Made by a program: the position numbers and the translations under genes. This document shows, piece by piece, positions 45,292 to 55,163 of a stretch of 64,000 nt of DNA (the stretch's first letter is position 1; each line of letters opens with the position of its first letter). A model generated the notes under the pieces. It saw only the letters and a program-made list of their open reading frames with translations, was not told the origin of the DNA and did not search any database. Source of the stretch: Synechococcus sp. (lineage in GTDB: Bacteria > Cyanobacteriota > Cyanobacteriia > Thermostichales > PCC-7336); assembly GCA_051439605.1 (NCBI GenBank), contig JBFRWN010000098.1:51189-115188 (forward strand). The letters run 5' to 3'.

Positions 45292-46044
45292 CTAATTGTT
45301 ACCAAAAGCCCAATCTGAATAGCCTTTGACGATTTTTTTCTCGGGAAATGCAAAAGTCCTAGCTTTGCTGTTACGTTTGCCAAGCCAAATCAGCGATTCC
45401 ACCATCTTTACCGCTGCAGCCACAGAATCGATCACCGGCACCCCCAATCGGTCCTGCAATTCGGTATCTAACCCACTCATGCCCGCACATCCCAAACACA
45501 AGGCTTCCGCTCCATCCTCAGAGATCGCCAGCCGCCCCGTTTTCTCTAGCGCCAGCAGAGTGGCCTCCTTCGCGGTCTCGGTTTCCTTCACGGATAGTCC
45601 TGTAGTTCGTATCGACACGCAGCGATGGCCAAACCCCGTCTTGTAAACCGTCTCCTCAATCTTGGTACGTACGCGATGCCCCGTTGTGACCACCCCCCAG
45701 CGAGCCGCTAACATATTTGCCACATACATACTGGCCTCAGCAATTCCCACCACTGGTTTGAGCGTCAGCTCCCTAGCCGCCTCTAGCCCGGGATCTCCCC
45801 AACAAGCGATCGCAAAGCCATCAAACTCGTCTCTGGATAGCAGAATTTCCTCAACGATTCCGGGGATAGCCAATGCTTCGTCGTAATAGCTTTGAATCGA
45901 CTCTGGTCCGCAGCGGGGGTGGGTTGTGACGATCTCGGTATTGGGGAAGCGCACCTGCTGGGCCGTGGCATCCAACCCAGCAGTCATTTCAGCAAATGTG
46001 TTGCCATTGATCACCTTAATGCGAATAGGACGACGTGCTTGCAC
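45292..46044 (-). CDS. Hydantoin/allantoin racemase (Asp/Glu racemase family)
   Basis: INGNT...MT, IACWGDPG, LGCAGM, PVIDSV. Confidence 0.88.
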   Translation of the reverse strand: MQARRPIRIKVINGNTFAEMTAGLDATAQQVRFPNTEIVTTHPRCGPESIQSYYDEALAIPGIVEEILLSRDEFDGFAIACWGDPGLEAARELTLKPVVGIAEASMYVANMLAARWGVVTTGHRVRTKIEETVYKTGFGHRCVSIRTTGLSVKETETAKEATLLALEKTGRLAISEDGAEALCLGCAGMSGLDTELQDRLGVPVIDSVAAAVKMVESLIWLGKRNSKARTFAFPEKKIVKGYSDWAFGNN

Positions 46045-46102
46045 GGTAACGGCAACCTTCGATAACTGGTTCTAAAAAAGTGTGAGCTTTAGATCGTGAG
46101 CT

Positions 46103-46447
46103 TTAGAGGATGAAGTGGGACAGTAAGGATGTGGTAACGCTGAGGGCAAAGGCCCCTAAGATAGCGCTGATAACACCTTTACGCAGGCGGATGCCATCCA
46201 CCAAGTTGGCCACAAACGCAAACAGCAGCACGTTTAACACCATCGCAAACACCCCCAGCGTTAGGAAGTTGATGGGGAATGTCAGAAATTTGAGCACTGG
46301 CAACACAAATGTGTTGAGCAGTCCAAATACAGCAGCGGCGATCGCTGCCGTTTCAAAGTTATCGATTTCAATTGCCAGTGCAGGAATGCGGGAAATCAGG
46401 TAAAGGCTCACGCTGGTAATCAGCCAAGCCAGCAACAGGTGACCCAT
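46103..46447 (-). CDS. YvlD/DUF360-type four-TM membrane protein (paralog 2)
   Basis: AAVFGLLN.FV.PVL..LTFPIN.LTLG; start set at MGHLL. Confidence 0.8.
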   Translation of the reverse strand: MGHLLLAWLITSVSLYLISRIPALAIEIDNFETAAIAAAVFGLLNTFVLPVLKFLTFPINFLTLGVFAMVLNVLLFAFVANLVDGIRLRKGVISAILGAFALSVTTSLLSHFIL

Positions 46448-46718
46448 AACTTTACTCGCAAGATGCTTAACAGTCAGTAGCCACGAGTGTGGCAAGAATT
46501 GATGGGTGGTGCAAGAGGTATGGGTTGGATTGTCGCCCGTCAATAGTCATCCATCACTCGTTAGAGCCAGTCAAAATAGACTATCGAGCTGACTTGGATT
46601 GTTCGAATCCATCGATATCAGCTCCCACAAACTTCTTGCGATCCCCTCATAGGAATGACAACTTTTCGATCTAGCTTAGGGTTGAGACAGTCTTTGCTGG
46701 GTTGGAGAGGTAACGCTC

Positions 46719-47039
46719 GTGAGTAGCTACAAAGGTTGGTCCAGTTATGCCAGCTGGGCAGTTTATCACTGGTTGGAGGAGGAGGAGGAAAACTATGACT
46801 ACTGGTCTGGACGACGCTCAGTTATCCAAGAGAAATTTCCAGACAGCTGGGTGCAAAAGCTGGCTGAAGAGTTGGAAGCCTTTCACGATGAAGACTCCCC
46901 CGAGCTAGCCGGTGTATACGGGGATTTATTGGGATGGGCACTGGGTTCTGTCAATTGGATAGAAGTCGCCAGGCATATCAAAGCAGACGAGCAGGTCACC
47001 CCACCCATTCATTTGAGGGGACTGAGTACAGCACTCTAA
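46719..47039 (+). CDS. Small acidic protein with a YxGWxxYxxW N-terminus
   Basis: YKGWSSYASWAVYHWL ... DLL..ALGSVNWIEVA; GAGAGG RBS. Confidence 0.6.
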   Translation: MSSYKGWSSYASWAVYHWLEEEEENYDYWSGRRSVIQEKFPDSWVQKLAEELEAFHDEDSPELAGVYGDLLGWALGSVNWIEVARHIKADEQVTPPIHLRGLSTAL

Positions 47040-47125
47040 CCGCGATCGCGCCTCGTACAACCCTACTTCAGTGGCCGAATAGCCACGGCATTTAGCGGTG
47101 AAATGGCCAGTATCGAAACGCCTCT

Positions 47126-48490
47126 CTACTGAGATTTCTGTTCTGACTTCTGACGCCCTCGCTCTGCCGCTCGCTCCGTTTTACCCCGCCACATGAAACG
47201 GATGGGGGTACCGTCAAAGTCTAGGGTGTTGCGGAAATGCTTTTCTAAATAGCGACGATAATTGTCTTTGAATAGGGAGGGGTTGTTCACAAACAGCGCA
47301 AATGTAGGTGGCTGAATGCTGGCCTGCGTGCCGTAGTAAATTTTTCCAGACTTGCCCTGCCGGTTAGTGGGGGGGGAATGCCACATGACGGCTTCCTCAA
47401 GCACCTCGTTCACCACGGAAGTGGATACGCGACGTTTGTGGCTGTCTGCTGCGCGATCGACTAACTCGAAAATCTTAGATACCCGCTGACCGGTAAGGGC
47501 ACTGGTAAACACAATTGAAGCCCATTCCACAAAATAAAGGCGCTCCTGCAAGTAGCGGGTGTAGTCATAAATGGTCTGGTTATCTTTCTCCACCGCATCC
47601 CACTTATTCACCACCACCACGCAGGCGCGTCCATCGTCCGCTACCCGACCAGCAAGCTTTTGATCCTGCTCGCCAATTCCTTCCGTAGCGTCAATCACCA
47701 TGAGTACGACATCTGCCCGTTCGATCGCCCGAAAAGCCCGGTTGATGCTGAAAAATTCCACCCCGTAGTCGATCTTACTTTTCTTACGAATGCCTGCGGT
47801 ATCAACAAATCGATAATGTTTGCCTTCATGTTCCACCTGGGTGTCGATCGCATCTCGGGTGGTACCCGGCACGTTACTGACAATGGTGCGCTCTTGACCC
47901 ACAAGACGGTTCAGGAGACTGGATTTACCTACATTGGGTTTCCCCACAATGGCAACGTTTAGTACATCGACGGGGTCCTCCTCCAGCATTTCCGGCAAAG
48001 CAGGCATCACCTCCTCCAGAATCTCAGCCACACCGTTCCCGTGAATGGCCGAACACGGATGCGGCTCTCCTAACCCCAACTCCCAAAAGACTGCTGCCTG
48101 TGCTGCCCCCATATCTAACGATTCGCATTTATTCACCGCCACAAAGACGGGAACATCCTGCTGGCGCAGCCAGTTGGCAATCTCCAAATCACTGCCAGTT
48201 GGTCCCATTTGACCGTCTACGACCAAGATGGCGGCATGGGCTTCCCCTAAAGCTGCCATCGCCTGTTGGCGAATGTGGGGTAGAAATTCGCTATCATCGT
48301 CAAATACAATTCCGCCAGTGTCGATAATGCGAAAGGGGCGACCGTCCCATTCTGATTCGCGATACAGGCGGTCTCGGGTCACCCCCGCTTCGTCATGCAC
48401 GATTGCCGTACGTTCCCCCGCCAAGCGGTTCACGAAGGTTGATTTACCCACATTGGGGCGGCCAACAATAGCAACAAGGGGTAGCGGCAC
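47126..48490 (-). CDS. der: Ribosome biogenesis GTPase Der
   Basis: Two G-domains GRPNVGKS and [21 protein letters not shown]. Confidence 0.97.
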   Translation of the reverse strand: MPLPLVAIVGRPNVGKSTFVNRLAGERTAIVHDEAGVTRDRLYRESEWDGRPFRIIDTGGIVFDDDSEFLPHIRQQAMAALGEAHAAILVVDGQMGPTGSDLEIANWLRQQDVPVFVAVNKCESLDMGAAQAAVFWELGLGEPHPCSAIHGNGVAEILEEVMPALPEMLEEDPVDVLNVAIVGKPNVGKSSLLNRLVGQERTIVSNVPGTTRDAIDTQVEHEGKHYRFVDTAGIRKKSKIDYGVEFFSINRAFRAIERADVVLMVIDATEGIGEQDQKLAGRVADDGRACVVVVNKWDAVEKDNQTIYDYTRYLQERLYFVEWASIVFTSALTGQRVSKIFELVDRAADSHKRRVSTSVVNEVLEEAVMWHSPPTNRQGKSGKIYYGTQASIQPPTFALFVNNPSLFKDNYRRYLEKHFRNTLDFDGTPIRFMWRGKTERAAERGRQKSEQKSQ

Positions 48491-48976
48491 ACATTTATCA
48501 AGAGCTCTGCTTATCTATATTAGCCAGTTCAGTGACCCAGCATTTTGTACCGACTTCGGGTGCCATCTGGAAAAGACGAATCGTAGATGTCGAGTACGAC
48601 TTGCCGAGCAGCCCTCTCAGAACAAACGAATAGAACGAAGCGATCGCGATTTCAAATTAATGGGCTACTTTTGCGCAACCCAAGTCAAGCAAAAGGGAAT
48701 AGAAAAATTGCGTGGCTAAATTTGCAGCCCTCACAGAGCTAAATGTCTTAAGTACGGGTTCATCCCCCAGATTGGGGGTGCCCGTTCAGCCCACGATGGC
48801 AAAAGGACTGTCAGCTATTTGAGTCATGCGTGAATAACTTACGTGTTTTTACCGCCCACAAGAACATAAAACCAGTAAGAACACGATAAAATATTAGACC
48901 AATGGTTCAAAAGGTTACAGACTATAAGCTCTAAATATTGTTTAATAAGCCATGGTTGTTAAACCCTTGCGACATC

Positions 48977-50011
48977 ATGGCCAATCCAACTGCTCCTTTG
49001 AGTGAGAATCGAGCTGCCAGAGCCCAGTATCTGGTATCGGTTATTATACCTGCCTACAACGTCGCAGAGTATCTAACAGAGGCAATAGAGTCTGCCCTCA
49101 ATCAGTCACACGATAATGTCGAGGTGATTATTGTTGATGACTGTTCGCAAGATGCCACCTTAGAACTGGCGCAAGCTTTTGCAAAGGTGGATTCTCGGGT
49201 AAAAGTCATTGCCAACCCCGTGAACCAAGGGGCTGCAGTAGCGCGCAACTTAGCCTTAGATGCCGCCTCTGGTGACTGGATTGCGATTTTCGATTCCGAT
49301 GATTGGCTGTCTCCAGAACGATTTGATTTTTTACTGCAGAAGGCCGAAGAAAGTTCCGCTGATATGATGGCGGATGATTTCGGCTACGTGAATGACGGCG
49401 ATCGTCAACCTTGGACGACGTTTGTCAAGCGCAACGGTGATGTGTACAGCAAAGGGCTGACTCAAATTGATAAGGTGTTCTACGTTGACTCGAAGAATTG
49501 GACCGTGAGTCCTGGCATCTTAAAGCCTCTGGTGCGTCGAGCTTTTATTGAAGAACATGGCATCCGCTACAAAGATGAACTTCTCTTGGGCGAAGACTTC
49601 TTCTTCTACCTCGATTGCCTAATTCACGGGGCACGTTTTTTCGTCTATCCAGAGGTTCACTACTATTATCGCGTTCGCCCTGGTTCAGTAACCAATTCTA
49701 GTAGTGTCAAGCACGCAAAATTTCGAATCAAAGGACTGAAAGATGTTTTGGGATACAAGCAACTGGCGGATGAACCTGAACTTCATCATGCGTTGCTGAA
49801 AAAACTCGACGGCTTCAACAAGTACCTCCTGACAGCATCGGTGAGAGAACTACTAGGTAAAAAACACTACCTAACAGCAACCGCAAAGGCAGTAAGGAAT
49901 CCCCACTTCTTTGTTTGGTTGTTCGAGCACATCAAAAAAAAGCTGATAGTTAGGGCTCATAGAATCGCTAGCAAAATAACTGAACAAAGTTCATATATTT
50001 CCTGTTCGTAA
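48977..50011 (+). CDS. Family 2 glycosyltransferase
   Basis: VSVIIPAYN, VDDCSQD, ARN, FDSDD, GED, YYYR. Confidence 0.92.
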   Translation: MANPTAPLSENRAARAQYLVSVIIPAYNVAEYLTEAIESALNQSHDNVEVIIVDDCSQDATLELAQAFAKVDSRVKVIANPVNQGAAVARNLALDAASGDWIAIFDSDDWLSPERFDFLLQKAEESSADMMADDFGYVNDGDRQPWTTFVKRNGDVYSKGLTQIDKVFYVDSKNWTVSPGILKPLVRRAFIEEHGIRYKDELLLGEDFFFYLDCLIHGARFFVYPEVHYYYRVRPGSVTNSSSVKHAKFRIKGLKDVLGYKQLADEPELHHALLKKLDGFNKYLLTASVRELLGKKHYLTATAKAVRNPHFFVWLFEHIKKKLIVRAHRIASKITEQSSYISCS

Positions 50012-50373
50012 TTCTCATCTCTATAGCAATTTGCTACCTTAATAGCTTGGCTAGTATTTAGCTAATTTCACTGACATTCAATTGGGGGGGGGTCAATAAG
50101 TTAGATAGAATTATAGATTGGCTAATAGCTTGCGTCACTGGTCAATAAAAACTTGAATCAGCAGTTTTGAATGCCCACATATAAAATATTTCTTCCCAAT
50201 CCAACCTTATCCAAATTGAACCAAAGGGTTTGACATTAGCTGTTTACCAATTGAACTCCCTATATTAGTTAATACTAACTCGACAACGATCTTTAGTATT
50301 TTTATACGTAGTTTCAAGCACAGTAAAAAAAAGAATGCTATTATGTTGACGTAGGAAATTTTAATTAATAACT

Positions 50374-51171
50374 ATGGAGATGCTAAAAGGTAATTACGAG
50401 CGAGATGGTTTTGTTGGACCGATACGCGCCTTAGATAGCAACTCAACGAGTTTGTTATTGGACGAACTGAAGGAAAAGGTATTTGAACAGAAAGGCGTAG
50501 CGTTCATTCGCAACAGACACTTAGATATTGATTCAGTCAAGCTCCTCTGTCAATCTGAGGTTATTCATGATGCTGTTAGTGAAATCCTCGGAACGAATTT
50601 AGTTTTATGGAGAACCAATTTTTTTGCGGTGAAATCGGGGCAAGGTCATGGGTGGCACCAAGATCGATATATAGGACTTCTTGACGATACTTCCAAGCAA
50701 GTTTCGGTCCATTTAGCATTAACCAAATCTTCTCCAGATAATTGCCTAAAAATCATTCAAGGGTCTCATCAATGGTCAGAGTCTGAATTAGAAAGGAATG
50801 GACTTTTCAAAAAATCGGAAAAAAGTGCATACGGAACTTTTCAATACCAAAGAGATCCTGACAAAAAAGTCAATATAGTACCTATTTTGCTTCAGCCAGG
50901 TGAATTTATTGTTTTTCATCCTAACCTCATTCATGCTCCGAACGATTTCCCCCTCAAAAAATCTATCAAACGTAAGGCTTTCAGTGCGATTGGACGAGCG
51001 AAAAAATTTCTAATGAAAAAATCAAGGCAAAAAGCGAACAATTCTACAGCTCGACTAGCTTTCGGAATGAGGATTACAACATCAGATAACAAAGTCTATC
51101 CAAAAGCATTTCAACAAACATTACCGAGAGTCGATAAATGCGTTCCACTCAGACCGCTTGCCAAAATCTAG
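50374..51171 (+). CDS. PhyH-family Fe(II)/2OG dioxygenase
   Basis: WHQD (HxD), GSH, LIHA (distal His), RLAFGMR. Confidence 0.82.
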   Translation: MEMLKGNYERDGFVGPIRALDSNSTSLLLDELKEKVFEQKGVAFIRNRHLDIDSVKLLCQSEVIHDAVSEILGTNLVLWRTNFFAVKSGQGHGWHQDRYIGLLDDTSKQVSVHLALTKSSPDNCLKIIQGSHQWSESELERNGLFKKSEKSAYGTFQYQRDPDKKVNIVPILLQPGEFIVFHPNLIHAPNDFPLKKSIKRKAFSAIGRAKKFLMKKSRQKANNSTARLAFGMRITTSDNKVYPKAFQQTLPRVDKCVPLRPLAKI

Positions 51172-51428
51172 TTGAATAGCTTTCAAGGCATGTCAATACG
51201 ACTCAATCTCTCGTTGAGTCATTATTTTGTATCTTTGAATTCACAACTAGTTTATTAAGCAAGTGTGCTTAACATTAAATTAATTGGGATAAATCGTGAT
51301 TCATCCCAATTTTTATTTGATTTGATGCCAGCCACTTTATTCCCAGCATGGAAAAGCTTGATTTAGCGGAGCCTTTTCAAATATTCTGAAGAGCCTGTGC
51401 TAGTAGAGTGAGATGACGTCAAGATTTA

Positions 51429-52265
51429 CTATGAAAAGTATTGAACCAGTCGGTTTAGAATATGATTTAGGTAAATATTTTTTCTAAACAATGAAAGAGG
51501 GGGATTGGTTAGGATATTTTCCCCGTAAGTATCTTCGCCTTGCACAATTATGCAATTCAATCGACGATTGAGTTCACTATAAAATACTTTATTTTGTGGT
51601 CTTGTATAGCGAGCGAGCAAAATCAATTGTTTGGCACCCGAACTATCTGGTTTGATGCCATTCCATAGACCTCCTTTGATAAGGTAGTATTGACATTTTT
51701 GCATCTGAAGGTGAACAACTTGATGGGGTGCATTCTCAGGATGTAAGCGATCTGCTAACATCTGCATCGAATGGTTATCATACAGATCGATGTTTCCTAA
51801 TTTCTCTTGTTCAATCAAATATTTTTTAGATTCAGCATATTTATGAGTTTTGGGAATAACCTGTATGCAACCTTTGTCGGTATCCATATCCTTCATAGCT
51901 ACAGATAGTTGAACACCAGCCACATCTTTATTGACTTGATCGATATTCCACTGCTGCCCAGACTTTCCAAACGACTTAATTCGACCGTACCATAACAGCA
52001 GATCGTCCCCCAAAAGCTTAGAGATTGAATCTATGGCGGAAGGATCGGTGGCAACATCGTAAATCAACCTGCACTTCGTGTGACTTTCTAGGTTAAGCAC
52101 AAGTTTTTGAGTCTTGACATTCAACACTTTTTTAGGGTTTTGTATAGATTGAAGCAAAGCCATCAGAGGAGACATATCTTCTAGCGAATATGGCCCAGAG
52201 TAACCATTTTCCTCAAAGAACCTTTGCTGTTCCTTTCCCAATCTCAATTGCGGTTGAGCAGTCAT
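51429..52265 (-). CDS. PhyH-fold protein lacking both iron-binding His (putative pseudoenzyme)
   Basis: Aligns with the neighbour 52568-53449 but has WNID and LWNG in place of WHID and LWHG. Confidence 0.75.
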   Translation of the reverse strand: MTAQPQLRLGKEQQRFFEENGYSGPYSLEDMSPLMALLQSIQNPKKVLNVKTQKLVLNLESHTKCRLIYDVATDPSAIDSISKLLGDDLLLWYGRIKSFGKSGQQWNIDQVNKDVAGVQLSVAMKDMDTDKGCIQVIPKTHKYAESKKYLIEQEKLGNIDLYDNHSMQMLADRLHPENAPHQVVHLQMQKCQYYLIKGGLWNGIKPDSSGAKQLILLARYTRPQNKVFYSELNRRLNCIIVQGEDTYGENILTNPPLSLFRKNIYLNHILNRLVQYFS

Positions 52266-52567
52266 CAGTTTAATCTCCTCAGGTTAGTTTGGCGATATTG
52301 CTGCTCGCCCATACACGCTAGGTAACACTGCATCCCTCAAGTTTGCCATCTGATTGACACAACTCTGTAGATTCGGTTGTTACCACACAACCCCTCTTGA
52401 AGGATTATCTTTCACGAATACCCATTTGAAGTCTGAGACACAAATGGATTCATACATATCCTCGATTCATACAAGAGCTTCAAGATAACAGCTCGAGCAA
52501 CTGATTGAGCTACTTGAGCTATTACCTGCAAAGATGTAGCTTGCTTGGGGGGTCTCAATTAACCAAA

Positions 52568-53449
52568 CTATTTACTCATTTTTCTTAGCAAATAGTTTAT
52601 CCAATAGTTCAATCCAATAAAGTTCCTTAATAAGCCACTGGGAGGTTGATAGATATCGTTAGGGTTATCTGAGTTTTCACCACTCACTAAAACACAAGGC
52701 AAAGTCTTAGCATCATACCAACTTACATTGGTACCGTCTTTATCTGTCCGCATGTAGCGAGCCACCATAGCTGAACGCACTGTATTACTTTTGTTAAGGG
52801 ACACGCCATGCCAAAGACCGCCTTTAGTGAAAAAATATTGGTTAGGCTTTGTTTCAACGGGTACAACTGGGTGCGGAGCATTATTTGGAAAAAGTTTATC
52901 TGCAAGGTCGGCAACACTTTGAGAATCGCTAAGATCGACCATTCCTTTGCGAGCAAAATCATTTAGATCGTCGTTAGTTATTCCATACTTGTGCGATCCA
53001 GGAATTACCTTCAAACACCCATTTATCTGGTTCATATCAGTCAGAGCAATAGTGGCGTGAACGCCATCAACCTCGTAGTTATCCTGATCGATATGCCACT
53101 CCTGTCCAGGATTTCCGGGAGGTCTGTTGATAACGTGCTCCGTCCAGACGAACAGATCGGGTCCCAACATTAAATTGAGCTTATTGATAATGTCTGGAGT
53201 ACTGGCTTGTTCGAATAGCATGCGGGAATATACGTGCAAGTCTCGCTTTGTATTGTGAAGCTTAGTCGATTTATTGAAAAAAGGAGAACGCCAAGCAGAC
53301 ATGATTTTGCCTGTCATGGATGTGTCGCTAAGCGTAAAAGGACCAACATATCCGTACTTGTCAAAAAAGTCTAAGAAATCATTCTGATTTTCAGGGCGAT
53401 CGTCGGTTGAGGAAATAGTAGATACCATCTTGTTTTGACTGTAGAACAA
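52568..53449 (-). CDS. PhyH-family Fe(II)/2OG dioxygenase
   Basis: GYVGPF, WHID, NGCLKVIPGSH, LWHG, R.AMVARY, CVLVSGE. Confidence 0.85.
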   Translation of the reverse strand: MFYSQNKMVSTISSTDDRPENQNDFLDFFDKYGYVGPFTLSDTSMTGKIMSAWRSPFFNKSTKLHNTKRDLHVYSRMLFEQASTPDIINKLNLMLGPDLFVWTEHVINRPPGNPGQEWHIDQDNYEVDGVHATIALTDMNQINGCLKVIPGSHKYGITNDDLNDFARKGMVDLSDSQSVADLADKLFPNNAPHPVVPVETKPNQYFFTKGGLWHGVSLNKSNTVRSAMVARYMRTDKDGTNVSWYDAKTLPCVLVSGENSDNPNDIYQPPSGLLRNFIGLNYWINYLLRKMSK

Positions 53450-53551
53450 CTCTAGGAATGGAAAGGTTGAAATTAGTTCATTGGATCTAGTCCAAATTTG
53501 AAATAACTTCCTGCAAAAATAGTGGAGAGAGGTTATGACAGTGCCTGTATT

Positions 53552-54361
53552 TTACTGCAAAGAAACCGATTTAAAAGGTAGTTCTGATTGCTGATATTTC
53601 AGGGATCCACTCAATAATATAGCCTTACATTGTTCGTAAGAAGACTGTCCTCTTTTTAGTAGATCTAAAGGGAGCTCAATGTCATGGTAAAGTTTTGTCT
53701 TTTTAAGAACACCCGACTTAATATTGGCTGACGAATCTCCAACAGTAAGCTTCCCAGTATTATTGAAACTTGAGTACTCTTTACTAAGGGGAACTTTGAG
53801 ATCGAGCCAGTCTGTCAAGTTCTTCAATAGAAGATCGGTCTTGTCAACAAGATCTTCTGAATCAACGAAAAAATATCCACTGCCAATCTTCTTTGCAAAC
53901 TCTTCCAAGCGTAACAGCCTAGAACAATAATAATCTGTGGCGCTTTCGGGGTCTTTAAACTCATTCCAATCTATACGATTGGCTAGTGCGATAATACTCT
54001 TAATCGTGCTTTCGGCATCTCTCAAAAGAAATAAAATCTTTGGTTTCGCAATCTTAATTACGTTGTCTGAAACATCAAAGCGGTTATGAAGCAACTTATC
54101 TAACAAATATTTTCCATCAAGTTTACATTCCAAATCTCTATACAATTGACACCGCATGTCAAAGAGATCTTTACGACTTAAATAAGTTCTATGTAATTCG
54201 CTGTAACCGCATATATTTGGATTGCTTCCGAGTACATGAGAGAACACCGAAGACCTAGCTCTCATATGACTAATAATAAATAAATACTTAGTTTGACAAG
54301 TAATAAGGTGTGGATGAGAAGAAATTAAAGCTAACTTTTTTGCTTTTCTCGCAATCGACAT
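53552..54361 (-). CDS. PAPS-dependent sulfotransferase-like protein
   Basis: HMRARSSVFSHVLGSNP.I.GYSE (5'-PSB-like), LLRD..STIKS (3'-PB-like), EDLV. Confidence 0.72.
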   Translation of the reverse strand: MSIARKAKKLALISSHPHLITCQTKYLFIISHMRARSSVFSHVLGSNPNICGYSELHRTYLSRKDLFDMRCQLYRDLECKLDGKYLLDKLLHNRFDVSDNVIKIAKPKILFLLRDAESTIKSIIALANRIDWNEFKDPESATDYYCSRLLRLEEFAKKIGSGYFFVDSEDLVDKTDLLLKNLTDWLDLKVPLSKEYSSFNNTGKLTVGDSSANIKSGVLKKTKLYHDIELPLDLLKRGQSSYEQCKAILLSGSLKYQQSELPFKSVSLQ

Positions 54362-54803
54362 TAGTGCATTTCCATAGAGGACACAATGTTAACGACCTAA
54401 CCAGCACCTGGCCAAAGGAAAACCCTCAAGAGAAGTATAGAATCACGCCATACTTAGAGGCTTGCAGTTCCTAGCTAGATATTAGGAGGAACAGAGTTGA
54501 ATTAGTCGATACTTCCACTCTATTGACGAAAACCCACTGACCCTCAGGACAGTAAAAGAGCTTTGTACCTAAGTGTATAGCACAACCCCCACAAGCAGTT
54601 GCTACATGGTATACCAAGTTTTACACCAAGTTCTGCGAACACTTATTGGATTTTGAACAATCATGAAAGACAACCAATGTCTCTAGCTGGCTAGCATTGG
54701 ATACTTATCCTAGAGGCAGCATGATAGCCTTTCTGAATACGATGCGTTCATTGCTTCTGACTTTGATAAAACCAGCGCCTCCAGAGTGAAGTAGGCATCT
54801 CAT

Positions 54804-55127
54804 CTATTCGTCTGCAGAGGGTTGAGATGACTCCTGGCGGGACTGTTGCCAGATGAGATAGGCAGCTAAAGACATCGTGCAGTTTCCAAGCAGGGTCATG
54901 CTTGCTTGCACAGTTACAATCCATTCCAGTACTGGGGGATTATCGAAAAAGTGCCAGGTCAACGCCGACATCGCCCCCACTAAAGCCGGTAGCATCCCCC
55001 AGGATAGATAGCGCCATGCAGGGAACGAGATGACCTCGGAGTAGCGCCACACCAGGAAAATTGCCGCAATCCATTCCACAACACTGGCGATGTGAATGAA
55101 CCAAGTAGGGAGTGATAAAGCGTTCAC
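54804..55127 (-). CDS. Ycf49-like (DUF2499) membrane protein
   Basis: ALSLPTWFIHIASVVEW, TWHFFDN, QASMTLLGN. Confidence 0.85.
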   Translation of the reverse strand: MNALSLPTWFIHIASVVEWIAAIFLVWRYSEVISFPAWRYLSWGMLPALVGAMSALTWHFFDNPPVLEWIVTVQASMTLLGNCTMSLAAYLIWQQSRQESSQPSADE

Positions 55128-55163
55128 AGAGTCTGGCTCGATAATCGTTTTCAGTGTATCTCT

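Noticed and set aside
41023..46447. Two 'phage holin'-family genes suggesting a prophage
   Set aside because: The YvlD/DUF360 family is common on chromosomes, the flanking genes are housekeeping, and no structural or lysin genes are present
50374..53449. SyrB2-type halogenases
   Set aside because: All three retain Asp at the HxD position, whereas halogenases have Ala or Gly
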